Of a stretch of 64,000 nucleotides of DNA, positions 47,656 through 57,146 are shown piece after piece. A program made the translations under genes and the position numbers. Within the stretch, counting starts at the first letter, position 1; each line of letters starts with the position of its first letter. The notes beneath the pieces are model-generated. The model had not been told where the DNA came from, searched no databases, and saw only the letters and a program-made list of their open reading frames with translations. This DNA is from Pseudomonadota bacterium (GTDB lineage Bacteria > Pseudomonadota > Alphaproteobacteria > Rhodobacterales > Rhodobacteraceae): assembly GCA_038744815.1 (NCBI GenBank), contig JBCDLY010000007.1, forward strand, positions 69,620-133,619. Reading direction: 5' to 3'.

Positions 47656-50532
47656 CTAGTGTGTGAAGACCTTCAGAACCTTGCGGGGGACGGACCGGAT
47701 TTCGCCGATCAACAAACGCGATATTCGTTTGATACTGATTGTTTTGAAGAGTGCGCGGTGCGCATGACGCGATACGAGCATGTCGTTGTCCAAAGTTACG
47801 TGAGATAGCGTAGATGCAACATTGGTGGCGGGTGCGGGAAGTTGTTTTTCCCAGGCGCGGAACAGTCGTTTTTGCAGGTTGGGATCTTCGGGATAACGGA
47901 CCCGATCAACTGAATTGATGCGCACGATTGGTTTTGGATATGTCGAAAAGCGCGCGCCGCTTGCCGCCGCCGCGTTCAACACCTCCCAGACGGCTGTTTC
48001 GTAGTCGGGAAGGATCGACAGAGTTCCGATCGCGCGACAGATCGCGTCTTTCGATATCAGCGCGATTTGAGGGCCAAATCTATTTTCGACAATACCCAGT
48101 TCCATAGGTCCGCCTGGTGTTTCGATGTCTTCCGGACGAGGGGGTTCCTGATGCCAATTTTTGTAGTTCCACGTCGCATTGAAAAGAACGACATCGGATT
48201 TGCACCCGCGCATGAGCGATATCAGAGACTGTATATCGACGTCATTTTTGACCGTGAGTTGGGACCCGAGCACCAAATAATACGCGTGAGGCAGAGATGC
48301 GATCAGGTCTTTGGTACGATGAATAGGAATGTTCTTTTGTGGATTTGTGAGACGGATATGATGGTCGGCTGCGTTTTCAAGATCGTCTTCTGACCACCCG
48401 AACTGTTCCAGGACATGCGTTTCCGCTTCACCGAAACCCGCTGCCGTTATGACCCCGATATCGCTTGCATTTGTCGATGGCTGCTCAGCGCCCTCGGTGC
48501 TGGATGACGTGGAGAGCAGATCATCGTAGATTTTTAGATGCTCAGCAATCACGGTCTCCACGTCAAAGGCCAAACGTGCGGGTGCGTGACCTTCTGATAG
48601 AATATGGGTGAGTTTGTTTGCCCAATCCTGAGCATCTTGTGTGAGGAGAACGCGGTCTTGATCTGTTGAACAAACAAGTTCGGGGATACCGCCGATCTTT
48701 GACGACAGAAAGGGGATCCCGTTTTCGAGACACTCAAAAACGGTGTAAGGTAAGTTGTCAGTAACCGATGGAATTATGGCGACGCATCGCCGCGTGCGGA
48801 GATACGCGACCGCGTCAGTCGTCCCAAAGTTCGAGATATTCACGAACGGAACGTCTATCTCGGCCATGTGGTCACGAAAGAGAGCCTCTTGTTCAGGCTG
48901 ACTGAACGATCCAAGCAGAGTGACTTGAACCGGCCGATCATCTGGAAACACGACATGATCAAGCGCGTCCATGAACGTACCCAAACCTTTTCGGAGTTCC
49001 AAGCGCCCAAAAAAGACGATCTCATCAATGCGATGCCGGGTCCTGGTTGCATCGGAGAAACGCCGCGAGAAGTCAGATAGAAGATTGGGGAGCGTTATTT
49101 GCCGAGCATCGATTTGGTAGTTCGCGTTAAGATACTCCCGCATATAGTTGCTTGGATGAATGACGAGGTCGGCCGATAGAAACTGTCGTTGCAAGGCGTA
49201 ATCTAGTTCCATGTCGAGTGCGGTCAGCGACATATCATTTCCGGTATAGTGCCATCTCGTGCACCCATGCGTGGTCATCACAATCCGTGTGTTCTGAAAG
49301 CCCAGACCGGCCGCACGATGTTCAGCCACCAGGGCGCCAAGTGCGAGAACATCATCAAAATGGATGATATCAAAGTCCTGTTTTTTGAGGCGCTCGACCA
49401 GTCTTTGCGAGAACGCGTAAAAGTCTCTTGGCCTTCGTTTGGAGCGCAGCACACTCACACGTTCATACGTCATTCCCAAACTGCGGAGGCTTTCAATCTG
49501 AAAGTCCCCAAACCCTTTTGTCGGCGAGAACGGGCAGTGGACAAGGTGAACATCGTAGCCATTCGCGAGCAAGAGTTCGATCTGCGCACGGACCGCCGTT
49601 GCGATGCCTCCGCCGCTTCCGGGAACGGCGATTTCGAAGCTCACAAAGCAAATTTTTGCATCTTTAGGTCTTTGAGCGGATAGGTCGGTTTCAGCTTGTA
49701 AAATCGTATTCTGTGGAAACGGAACAAGCAGGCCGTTTTCGCCAATCGCCTCGCGTGAAAAGGGAAGTGCGCCTTTATTCGGGAGAATGAAGGCATTCTT
49801 CTTCAAATAGCGCGTATAGGCATCCATTTCAGTTTGGTTGGCATCCTTGGCCCGCTTTCCGGACTTTGCGTCGACCAGCGACCAACGCCACTTGAAGTGG
49901 CTGAGGACGGCCCGGGCCGGAAGACCGAACGCTGGCGCAGGGTTCGGTGAAAAATGAAACCCTCTCTGAAGGGAGGTGGCCGCTTCCGCTTTAAAGAGAG
50001 GAAACTTTGTCTTTGCCGCTGGTCTGCTTAGATCCATTTGCTCGCAAAGGTTGAAATCAAAATAGGGGAACAAGCCGTCGAGCGTGTCTTCGGGTTGTAC
50101 AGCACTCAACTCGCCGCTCTTTGACAGTCGCTGTACAAGAAACGCCGGAAGTACGGTGGCACCATAAAGCTCAAGCTGCTCAACCGTTTCCCGTAATGTG
50201 GGCGATGGCAAAGAAATGAACTCGTCAACGTCTACGCTCAGAACCCAAGAGCCGATCAGTTCTTCAACGATTGAATTGAGGACACTGATCTTCTCGTATT
50301 CACGAAACTGACCTCGATACGCATGTCGAATATACGCACGGTCACTTTCTTCGATAACTTGTTTCGTACGTTCAGAGTGGTTCCCATGTAGAACCAAATG
50401 CATCTGCGCGACACCGAGAGAATCATAATAATCCAGAAAATGGGGAAGAATGTCTGCGTCCGCGACGCCAACCTGACAAATCAAGTGAATGTCGCCGATG
50501 CCTTCGTTCAAGCCTATCGTCGTGTGTCTCAT
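47656..50532 (-). CDS. 958-aa multidomain glycosyltransferase (GT2-like N-domain + GT4 core + uncharacterised C-domain)
   Basis: Residues 1 to about 270 contain WVLSVDVDEF, a DxD-type motif as in Glyco_tranf_2_4-like proteins. Residues about 293-680 have a GT4 pattern (FVSFEIAVPGSGGGIATAV; FFGRLELRKGL; FECLENGIPFLSSKIGGIPELV). Residues about 690-958 have no motif I recognise. The gene is visibly AT-richer than its neighbours. Confidence 0.75.
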   Translation of the reverse strand: MRHTTIGLNEGIGDIHLICQVGVADADILPHFLDYYDSLGVAQMHLVLHGNHSERTKQVIEESDRAYIRHAYRGQFREYEKISVLNSIVEELIGSWVLSVDVDEFISLPSPTLRETVEQLELYGATVLPAFLVQRLSKSGELSAVQPEDTLDGLFPYFDFNLCEQMDLSRPAAKTKFPLFKAEAATSLQRGFHFSPNPAPAFGLPARAVLSHFKWRWSLVDAKSGKRAKDANQTEMDAYTRYLKKNAFILPNKGALPFSREAIGENGLLVPFPQNTILQAETDLSAQRPKDAKICFVSFEIAVPGSGGGIATAVRAQIELLLANGYDVHLVHCPFSPTKGFGDFQIESLRSLGMTYERVSVLRSKRRPRDFYAFSQRLVERLKKQDFDIIHFDDVLALGALVAEHRAAGLGFQNTRIVMTTHGCTRWHYTGNDMSLTALDMELDYALQRQFLSADLVIHPSNYMREYLNANYQIDARQITLPNLLSDFSRRFSDATRTRHRIDEIVFFGRLELRKGLGTFMDALDHVVFPDDRPVQVTLLGSFSQPEQEALFRDHMAEIDVPFVNISNFGTTDAVAYLRTRRCVAIIPSVTDNLPYTVFECLENGIPFLSSKIGGIPELVCSTDQDRVLLTQDAQDWANKLTHILSEGHAPARLAFDVETVIAEHLKIYDDLLSTSSSTEGAEQPSTNASDIGVITAAGFGEAETHVLEQFGWSEDDLENAADHHIRLTNPQKNIPIHRTKDLIASLPHAYYLVLGSQLTVKNDVDIQSLISLMRGCKSDVVLFNATWNYKNWHQEPPRPEDIETPGGPMELGIVENRFGPQIALISKDAICRAIGTLSILPDYETAVWEVLNAAAASGARFSTYPKPIVRINSVDRVRYPEDPNLQKRLFRAWEKQLPAPATNVASTLSHVTLDNDMLVSRHAHRALFKTISIKRISRLLIGEIRSVPRKVLKVFTH

Positions 50533-50891
50533 TAAGCTTACCCTCGGCGCTCGCGGAGAGCTACGGTGCTAAGCGTACTTTTTCAATCCCGTTGATACTA
50601 GAGCTGATTTTTCGGAACGCATCTGTGGACGCCAAAATGCCGAGTCTATCGCGACCGCAAACCGAACGGGCCATCAAATTTGGAATGAGCTGGAACAAGA
50701 AAGTCATTCGATGATTATGAGCTACCCGTAGCTTTGGAAGCACTGTTTCCTGCGCTTGGCGGATGTCCATGCTCCGTGACTCATCTCACGAAGTGGGCTT
50801 AAACCAAACACGCGCGGCCCAATGCTGCCGTTCGATTAATATAAATCAGTATTCACTGCGGTCTTCGAAAGCTGCCATTCGATAAGTCATC

Positions 50892-51794
50892 CTATTTTTC
50901 CGTGCCACCTAAATAAGCGCTTGCTAGATTTTGAAAGCTATGTGCCGCAAGCGAAAGCCCATAGCTTTCGAAACTGATCAAGCTGACTGTGCAATTTCCG
51001 ACCTCCCGATCGGCCACTTTTAACCGTTTATATCCAGAGATTTGTGTGGGCCGATTATGAAGATCGATCAACATGGTGATGCCAATCACGGGCGAGAAGG
51101 CGTATTCTAAGAAGTCGAAAAGGTCGGGTCCGCTATAATGGTAAAGTGCCTCGATCTTTGAGCGTTCAACGGCTGCCGTGATGCGCTGGGCCACTTCGGT
51201 CGATGCCGGAGGAGTTGCAAGGCGCATGCCCTGGAGGTCATAGACATTCAGCACGCCATCTGTCGCGATCGGCATACCGTTGGGCACAAAAGCCGTCAGA
51301 GAGATGTCGGCCGCATGCAGCACATGCAGCCCACGGCGAATGTTTGGGTTCACCGCCAAGATCATATCAATGTCGCGATTTTCCAATTTTTGGTAAAAGC
51401 CATCGCGTGGAACCGTCGTGACGGAGAGGTCGCAATTGACGTTGTCGCGTTGCAAATCTGCCATAATCTTTTGCAAAAACCCCAAATGGAAATCTTCGGT
51501 GATCCCGATTTTGAGCGAGCCAACATTCAACCCTTTGATGTTTTCGATCTGGCTTTGCAGGCGATCAAACCCTGCCAATTGCTGTAAAGCATAGGTGAAA
51601 AAGATCTCACCTTCCGCTGAAAGGCGCACGCCCTTTGTAAGCCTTTCGAAGACTCTTGTGCCCAAATCCTCTTCCAGGCTTTGAATATGGCGGTTCAGCG
51701 CAGAGGCGGAAAGCGTGAGAGTTTCGGCCGCAGCCCGGATGGAGCCCTGCTCTACGATAGCTTTGACATAGCGGAAGCTTTGCAAATGTTTCAT
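50892..51794 (-). CDS. LysR-family transcriptional regulator
   Basis: MKHLQSFRYVKAIVEQGSIRAAAETLTLSASALNRHIQSLEEDLG is a LysR wHTH N-terminus. It is divergent from urtA. I prefer the ATG at 51794. Confidence 0.9.
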   Translation of the reverse strand: MKHLQSFRYVKAIVEQGSIRAAAETLTLSASALNRHIQSLEEDLGTRVFERLTKGVRLSAEGEIFFTYALQQLAGFDRLQSQIENIKGLNVGSLKIGITEDFHLGFLQKIMADLQRDNVNCDLSVTTVPRDGFYQKLENRDIDMILAVNPNIRRGLHVLHAADISLTAFVPNGMPIATDGVLNVYDLQGMRLATPPASTEVAQRITAAVERSKIEALYHYSGPDLFDFLEYAFSPVIGITMLIDLHNRPTQISGYKRLKVADREVGNCTVSLISFESYGLSLAAHSFQNLASAYLGGTEK

Positions 51795-51953
51795 GAGGTC
51801 AGAAAGCAAAGTGGTGCAAAAAACGCAACACATATGCAAAAACTTTGCGGCAGACAGGTGCGCAAGCCGGTCTCTAGAATTGCCATGGAATCGTTCGGTG
51901 TGTTCGGTTCAAAGCCTTCGCCACGCTCGCGGCGATCCAACATGGAGATAGAG

Positions 51954-53216
51954 ATGAAAAAGCTATTGCTGACTTCTGCGCTGATTGCCGCAACGGCTAC
52001 AAGCGCAGCCGCCGACATTAAGGTCGGCATTTTGCACTCGTTATCTGGAACGATGGCCATTTCGGAGACGACCCTTAAAGACACGATGGAAATGCTGATC
52101 GAACAGCAGAATGCCGCAGGTGGGTTGCTTGGTGAAGAACTTGTTCCAGTGGTTGTTGACCCGGCATCTGACTGGCCGTTATTTGCGGAAAAAGCACGCG
52201 AACTTCTGACGGTGCATGAGGTTGACGTGATCTTCGGGAACTGGACATCCGTGTCCCGGAAATCGGTTCTGCCTGTGATCGAAGAGCTCAATGGGCTTCT
52301 GTTCTACCCGGTTCAGTATGAGGGTGAAGAAAGCTCCAAGAACGTGTTCTATACCGGTGCTGCGCCAAACCAGCAGGCGATCCCAGCAACGGATTACTAT
52401 CTGGAAGAGCTCGGCGTTGAGAAGTTCGCCTTGTTGGGCACTGACTATGTTTACCCGCGCACAACCAACAAGATCCTGGAGCAATACCTCAAAGATGCCG
52501 GTATTGCCGAGGATGATATCTTTGTGAATTACACGCCATTTGGGCATTCTGACTGGTCCAAGATCGTCGCAGATGTTGTTGCCCTTGGCGAAGACGGCAA
52601 AAAGGTCGGCGTGATTTCTACGATCAATGGCGACGCGAATATCGGCTTTTACAAAGAGCTTGCAGCCGCAGGCGTGTCTGCGGATGACATCCCGGTTGTT
52701 GCCTTCTCTGTAGGTGAAGAAGAGCTTGCAGGTTTGGATACCACAAACCTTGTGGGTCACCTTGCCGCTTGGAACTACTTCCAGTCAGCGGACACAGATG
52801 TGAACGCCGAATTCATCGAAACATGGAAGGCCAAAATGGGTGAAGAGCGGGTCACAAACGACCCGATGGAAGCGCATTATATCGGCTTTAACATGTGGGT
52901 GAACGCGGTGACAGCAGCGGGCACAACAGATGTCGATGCTGTTCGCACGGCGATGTATGGCCAAGAGTTCCCGAACCTGACGGGCGGTACAGCCGTGATG
53001 TTGCCAAACCATCACTTGGCAAAACCGGTTCTAATCGGTGAAATCCAAGAGGATGGTCAGTTCGACATCATCAGCCAAACAACAGAGGTTCCAGGCGATG
53101 CTTGGACGGATTTCTTGCCCGAATCTGCGGTTCTGAAATCAGACTGGCAAGAGCTCGGCTGTGGTATGTACAATACCGAAACAAGCACATGTGTTCAGAT
53201 CAAATCTAACTACTAA
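51954..53216 (+). CDS. urtA: urea ABC transporter substrate-binding protein
   Basis: The signal peptide is MKKLLLTSALIAATATSAAA, followed by IKVGILHSLSGTMAISE and NWTSVSRK motifs typical of UrtA. GGAGATAGAG lies upstream of the ATG at 51954. Confidence 0.92.
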   Translation: MKKLLLTSALIAATATSAAADIKVGILHSLSGTMAISETTLKDTMEMLIEQQNAAGGLLGEELVPVVVDPASDWPLFAEKARELLTVHEVDVIFGNWTSVSRKSVLPVIEELNGLLFYPVQYEGEESSKNVFYTGAAPNQQAIPATDYYLEELGVEKFALLGTDYVYPRTTNKILEQYLKDAGIAEDDIFVNYTPFGHSDWSKIVADVVALGEDGKKVGVISTINGDANIGFYKELAAAGVSADDIPVVAFSVGEEELAGLDTTNLVGHLAAWNYFQSADTDVNAEFIETWKAKMGEERVTNDPMEAHYIGFNMWVNAVTAAGTTDVDAVRTAMYGQEFPNLTGGTAVMLPNHHLAKPVLIGEIQEDGQFDIISQTTEVPGDAWTDFLPESAVLKSDWQELGCGMYNTETSTCVQIKSNY

Positions 53217-53228
53217 GATCGAAACCGG

Positions 53229-53253
53229 GGTGGGCGCAGTTTGTGCCCACTCT
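53229..53253 (+). terminator. urtA-urtB intercistronic stem-loop
   Basis: GTGGGC(gcagtttgt)GCCCAC with flanking G/C pairs, 13 nt after the urtA stop. A hairpin after the binding-protein gene is common in ABC operons. Confidence 0.5.
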
Positions 53254-53280
53254 GTCCTTCTTTAGGATTATCGTCGCTTT

Positions 53281-55221
53281 ATGAAACGCCTCCTCCTCGT
53301 TTTTCTTTTGCTCTTTGGCGCGCCGCTTTGGGCGCAGACCCTGACCGAGGTGGTGGAGACGCATAACCCGAACATCATCAAAGGGTCGGTGAAAACAGCC
53401 GAGCCGATTATTGCAGATGTTCAGGCAGTGGGAACAGAAGCTGCAAGCGCGTTCCTGTTGGCATGGCAGGAAAAAAACCTGTGGTTCATTCGCGAAACGG
53501 ATCAGATTGTGACCGTCACGACCGAGGATAAAGAAACATATCAGGCCTTTGACGTGGAAACGGGTGCGTTGATCGGCGCCTTCGGGAAGCGTGAGATTAA
53601 GAATATAAAGCCCAATTCCGGGCTGCGCAGGATGATCGGTTCTGCCCTTGTGGCGGGGCAACTGACATCGCCGGATCGGGCCACGCGCGAGGCGGCGTTG
53701 GATGCCCTTTCGCGCGATGCGAATGAGAGCCATCTTGCGCCTTTGCGCCGTGCGCTGGAACAGGAAGAAGAGGCAGAGCTGGCCGCGCGGATGTTCAAGC
53801 TGGAGCGGTTTCTGACCATCGAATTTGAAGACGATGAGGCCGCGCGCGTGGCTGCGATTGAGAGTTTTGCAGGCGTTTTAGATGTGGATGTGCGCGCGGC
53901 CTTAAACCCGCTTTTGACCAGTAAGATCGCCGTTGCAGGCACCCAAAGGGAGGGCGCAAATATTGCGGGGCCGGTGACGCCTGGGGGCGATGACCTTTCG
54001 CTGGAGGAGGCCTATGCGCTGTTGGTGAAGGCAGAACTGGCCAGTGAAATCCCCAGCCAAGAGGCCCGAAAAGCTGCACTGATTGAGAATATCATCGATG
54101 ACATGGTGGGAACGGTGCCCGTCAGCGTGCTGGGCGATCAAGCGAGACGGGATGAAGCCTATTTGCAATTGGTCGAGGCCGGGCTTGTGCCCGCCTGGGA
54201 CCCGACGCTCTCGATAGAGGACGTGGTGAGCACCCATGACTTTATCGCCGTTTACAATGAAGCGTCGCCTGCGGTGGCTGCCGCTGCCAAAGAGGTTCTT
54301 GAGGGCATCAACTTGCGCGTCGGCATGTCTGAAACGGTCGATCTGATCTTGGATGGATTGTCGCTTGCCTCCATTTATTTCTTGGCGGCGATCGGCTTGG
54401 CGATCACCTTTGGCGTGATGCGGGTGATCAACATGGCCCATGGCGAGTTTATTATGATGGGCGCTTATACGGGTTATGTCGTTCAGCAGGTCATCACGAA
54501 TTACACGTTATCGATTGTTGTGGCGCTGCCTTTGGCCTTTGCGGTGACCTTTGCCGCCGGCGTCGCGATGGAGCGTCTGGTTATCCGACATCTTTATCAT
54601 CGCCCGCTTGAGACGCTTTTGGCGACCTTTGGCATTTCGATTGCGTTGCAACAAATTGCGAAGAATATTTTTGGTACGCAAGCGCGGCCTTTGACCTCTC
54701 CCGATTGGTTGGATGGGGCGCTGGTGATCAACGATGTGATCCAGATCAGCTGGATCAGGATTGCGATTTTCGTGCTATCCCTGATCTTCTTGGCGGTGAT
54801 TTGGTTGATCCTGAACAAAACCAGACTGGGTTTGGAGACCCGCGCGGTGACGCAAAATCCGCGCATGGCGGCGTCCATGGGGATCAACCCCGATCGCATC
54901 AATATGCTGACCTTCGGGCTTGGCTCTGGGATTGCAGGGATTGCGGGCGTGGCCATCGGCCTTTTTGCCAAGGTCACGTCAGAGCTGGGGTCGGATTACA
55001 TTGTTCAGAGCTTTATGACCGTGGTTGTCGGCGGGGTCGGCAATATCTGGGGCACGCTGGCGGGTGCGGCCATGATCGGCTTTTTCCAAAAAGGGATCGA
55101 GTGGTTGAACCCCTCCAACACCCTGGCCGCCCAGACCTATATGATCATCATTATCATTATTTTCATTCAATTCCGACCAAGGGGCATCTTTGCCCTGAAG
55201 GGTCGCGCGGCGGGGGATTAA
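53281..55221 (+). CDS. urtB: urea ABC transporter permease UrtB with about 350-aa N-terminal periplasmic extension
   Basis: The C-terminal portion of about 295 aa is a LivH-type permease (INMAHGEF, GSGIAGIAG). The N-terminus has a signal peptide (MKRLLLVFLLLFGAPLWAQ) followed by a soluble, Ala/Glu-rich, helical-looking region. Confidence 0.88.
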   Translation: MKRLLLVFLLLFGAPLWAQTLTEVVETHNPNIIKGSVKTAEPIIADVQAVGTEAASAFLLAWQEKNLWFIRETDQIVTVTTEDKETYQAFDVETGALIGAFGKREIKNIKPNSGLRRMIGSALVAGQLTSPDRATREAALDALSRDANESHLAPLRRALEQEEEAELAARMFKLERFLTIEFEDDEAARVAAIESFAGVLDVDVRAALNPLLTSKIAVAGTQREGANIAGPVTPGGDDLSLEEAYALLVKAELASEIPSQEARKAALIENIIDDMVGTVPVSVLGDQARRDEAYLQLVEAGLVPAWDPTLSIEDVVSTHDFIAVYNEASPAVAAAAKEVLEGINLRVGMSETVDLILDGLSLASIYFLAAIGLAITFGVMRVINMAHGEFIMMGAYTGYVVQQVITNYTLSIVVALPLAFAVTFAAGVAMERLVIRHLYHRPLETLLATFGISIALQQIAKNIFGTQARPLTSPDWLDGALVINDVIQISWIRIAIFVLSLIFLAVIWLILNKTRLGLETRAVTQNPRMAASMGINPDRINMLTFGLGSGIAGIAGVAIGLFAKVTSELGSDYIVQSFMTVVVGGVGNIWGTLAGAAMIGFFQKGIEWLNPSNTLAAQTYMIIIIIIFIQFRPRGIFALKGRAAGD

Positions 55222-55224
55222 GGG

Positions 55225-56403
55225 ATGCAAGGCGTCCTGACGAAATTCCTGATCAAGCATCCCTCTGCGCTGATCTTTCTGGGGCTTCTCGCGCTGTTCA
55301 CACTGTTCGTGACCATCGGGTCAGAGGCGTTTGGGTACTCTTTCATTTCCACCTCCTTCGTGAAGACTTTGGGCAAGACGCTTTGCTTTTGCCTGATCGC
55401 CATCGCGATGGATTTGATCTGGGGCTATTGCGGGATCCTCAGCCTTGGGCATTTCGCCTTCTTTGGCCTTGGTGGGTATATGATCGGTATGTGGCTGATG
55501 TATGCGCGGACCGAGATTATTGTCGCGGGCGCTATGGCCAATGAAGTCATTCCGCCCACTGCCCAAGAAGTTAGCGACGCGATTGGTACGCAAATCTTTG
55601 GTGTCGTGGGTGGTGCGGAGTTCCCGATCATCTGGGCTGTCTCGAATTACTTCTGGGCGCAAATCGCTTTGGTGGTTTTGGTGCCGGGCATCCTGGCGCT
55701 GATCTTTGGGTGGTTGGCCTTCCGGTCGCGTGTCACTGGCGTGTATCTTTCGATCCTGACCCAAGCGATGACGCTCGCGCTATCGCTTTATCTGTTCCAA
55801 AACGATTCCGGTTTGCGCGGCAATAACGGCTTGTCTGGCCTTCAAAACCTGCCGGGCTTGGATGATACGCCGCAATCCGTGATTTCTATGTGGTTCTTTT
55901 GGGCGTCGGCCTTTGCGCTGGGTCTGGGCTATCTTTTGATGAAGCTGATTGTCGAAAGCAAACTTGGCAATGTGATCAAAGGCATTCGCGATGACGAGGC
56001 GCGCGTGCGGTTTTTGGGCTATAATGTGGAGACGTACAAGCTGTTCGTCTTTGTGCTGACGGCGGTGATCGCGGCAATTGCGGGTGCGCTTTATTATCCG
56101 CAAGCGGGCATCATCAATCCAGCCGAGATCGCGCCGATTGCCTCAATCTATCTGGCGGTTTGGGTGGCCATCGGGGGCCGAGGGAGGCTTTATGGCGCGG
56201 CGATTGGGGCGGCGTTCGTTTCGCTCGTTTCGACCTTCTTTACGGGCGGACAAATGCCCGATCTGCCCTTGGGTTTTACCACAATCAAATGGGTGGATTG
56301 GTGGACAGTTCTTTTGGGTCTGAGCTTTGTTGTGGTCACGCTTTATGCCCCGCAAGGGATCGGTGGATTGTTTGATCTTTTGCAGAAACGGAAACCGTCA
56401 TGA
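55225..56403 (+). CDS. urtC: urea ABC transporter permease
   Basis: A LivM-type permease (LSLGHFAFFGLGGY). Its position is canonical. Confidence 0.9.
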   Translation: MQGVLTKFLIKHPSALIFLGLLALFTLFVTIGSEAFGYSFISTSFVKTLGKTLCFCLIAIAMDLIWGYCGILSLGHFAFFGLGGYMIGMWLMYARTEIIVAGAMANEVIPPTAQEVSDAIGTQIFGVVGGAEFPIIWAVSNYFWAQIALVVLVPGILALIFGWLAFRSRVTGVYLSILTQAMTLALSLYLFQNDSGLRGNNGLSGLQNLPGLDDTPQSVISMWFFWASAFALGLGYLLMKLIVESKLGNVIKGIRDDEARVRFLGYNVETYKLFVFVLTAVIAAIAGALYYPQAGIINPAEIAPIASIYLAVWVAIGGRGRLYGAAIGAAFVSLVSTFFTGGQMPDLPLGFTTIKWVDWWTVLLGLSFVVVTLYAPQGIGGLFDLLQKRKPS

Positions 56404-57143
56404 GTGGCGCGCTCTTAGAAGTGGATGGCGTGTCGGTCAGCTTTGACGGGTTCAAGGCGATCAACAACCTCTCGTTCAATATCGATCAAGGGGAGCTGCG
56501 GGCCATCATTGGGCCCAACGGTGCAGGCAAAACGACCTTCATGGATATCGTGACGGGGAAGACGAAACCTGATGATGGCAAGGTCATCTGGGGGGAGCGC
56601 AATGAAAACCTGTTGCGCTTTAGTGAAAGTCAGATTGCCCGCAAGGGGATCGGGCGGAAATTTCAAAAACCCACGGTTTTCGAAGACCAATCCGTGGAAG
56701 AAAACCTGCTGATGGCGCTGTCGAACAATCGGGCTCCTTTGGCCGTTTTGTTTTATAAATCCAATGCACCAGATGACGCGCGTGTGGCAGATTTGGCCGA
56801 GCGTATTGGCTTGAGCGCGGAGCTGCCGCGGCCTGCGGGCGAGTTAAGCCATGGTCAAAAACAATGGCTGGAGATCGGGATGTTATTGGCCCAAGATCCG
56901 CGCCTTTTGTTGGTGGATGAACCCGCCGCTGGAATGACGCCTGAGGAGCGCGATAAAACTGTCGCAATCCTTAAAGAAGCAGCCAAAACAAGTGCCGTTG
57001 TCGTGGTAGAGCACGATATGGAGTTTGTGCGCAATTTGGAATGCAAGGTGACGGTCCTTCATGAAGGCGCTGTTTTGGCCGAAGGCAGCATCGATCATGT
57101 CACTCAAAACAAAGACGTGATTGACGTCTATTTGGGGCGCTAG
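56400..57143 (+). CDS. urtD: urea ABC transporter ATP-binding protein
   Basis: Walker A GPNGAGKTT, signature LSHGQKQWLEIG and Walker B LLLVDEP. Confidence 0.92.
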   Translation: MSGALLEVDGVSVSFDGFKAINNLSFNIDQGELRAIIGPNGAGKTTFMDIVTGKTKPDDGKVIWGERNENLLRFSESQIARKGIGRKFQKPTVFEDQSVEENLLMALSNNRAPLAVLFYKSNAPDDARVADLAERIGLSAELPRPAGELSHGQKQWLEIGMLLAQDPRLLLVDEPAAGMTPEERDKTVAILKEAAKTSAVVVVEHDMEFVRNLECKVTVLHEGAVLAEGSIDHVTQNKDVIDVYLGR

Positions 57144-57146
57144 GCC

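Noticed and set aside
50561-50770. A 69-aa minus-strand ORF in the gap between the LysR gene and the glycosyltransferase.
   Set aside because: It has no RBS and no recognisable motif. It lies in the probable promoter or leader region of the glycosyltransferase gene. I treat it as non-coding pending expression data.
51812-51848. A sigma-54-like element TGGTGCAAAAAACGCA (GG and GC at -24/-12 spacing) and a GCAAA-AAC-TTTGC palindrome (51836-51848) in the lysR/urtA intergenic region. These could be NtrC/RpoN or LysR control elements for urea uptake.
   Set aside because: The -12 region (ACGCA) departs from TTGCA, and the -24 region (TGGTGC) departs from TGGCAC. The 5+3+5 palindrome is short enough to occur by chance. 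This is too weak to call without a position weight matrix scan or TSS data.
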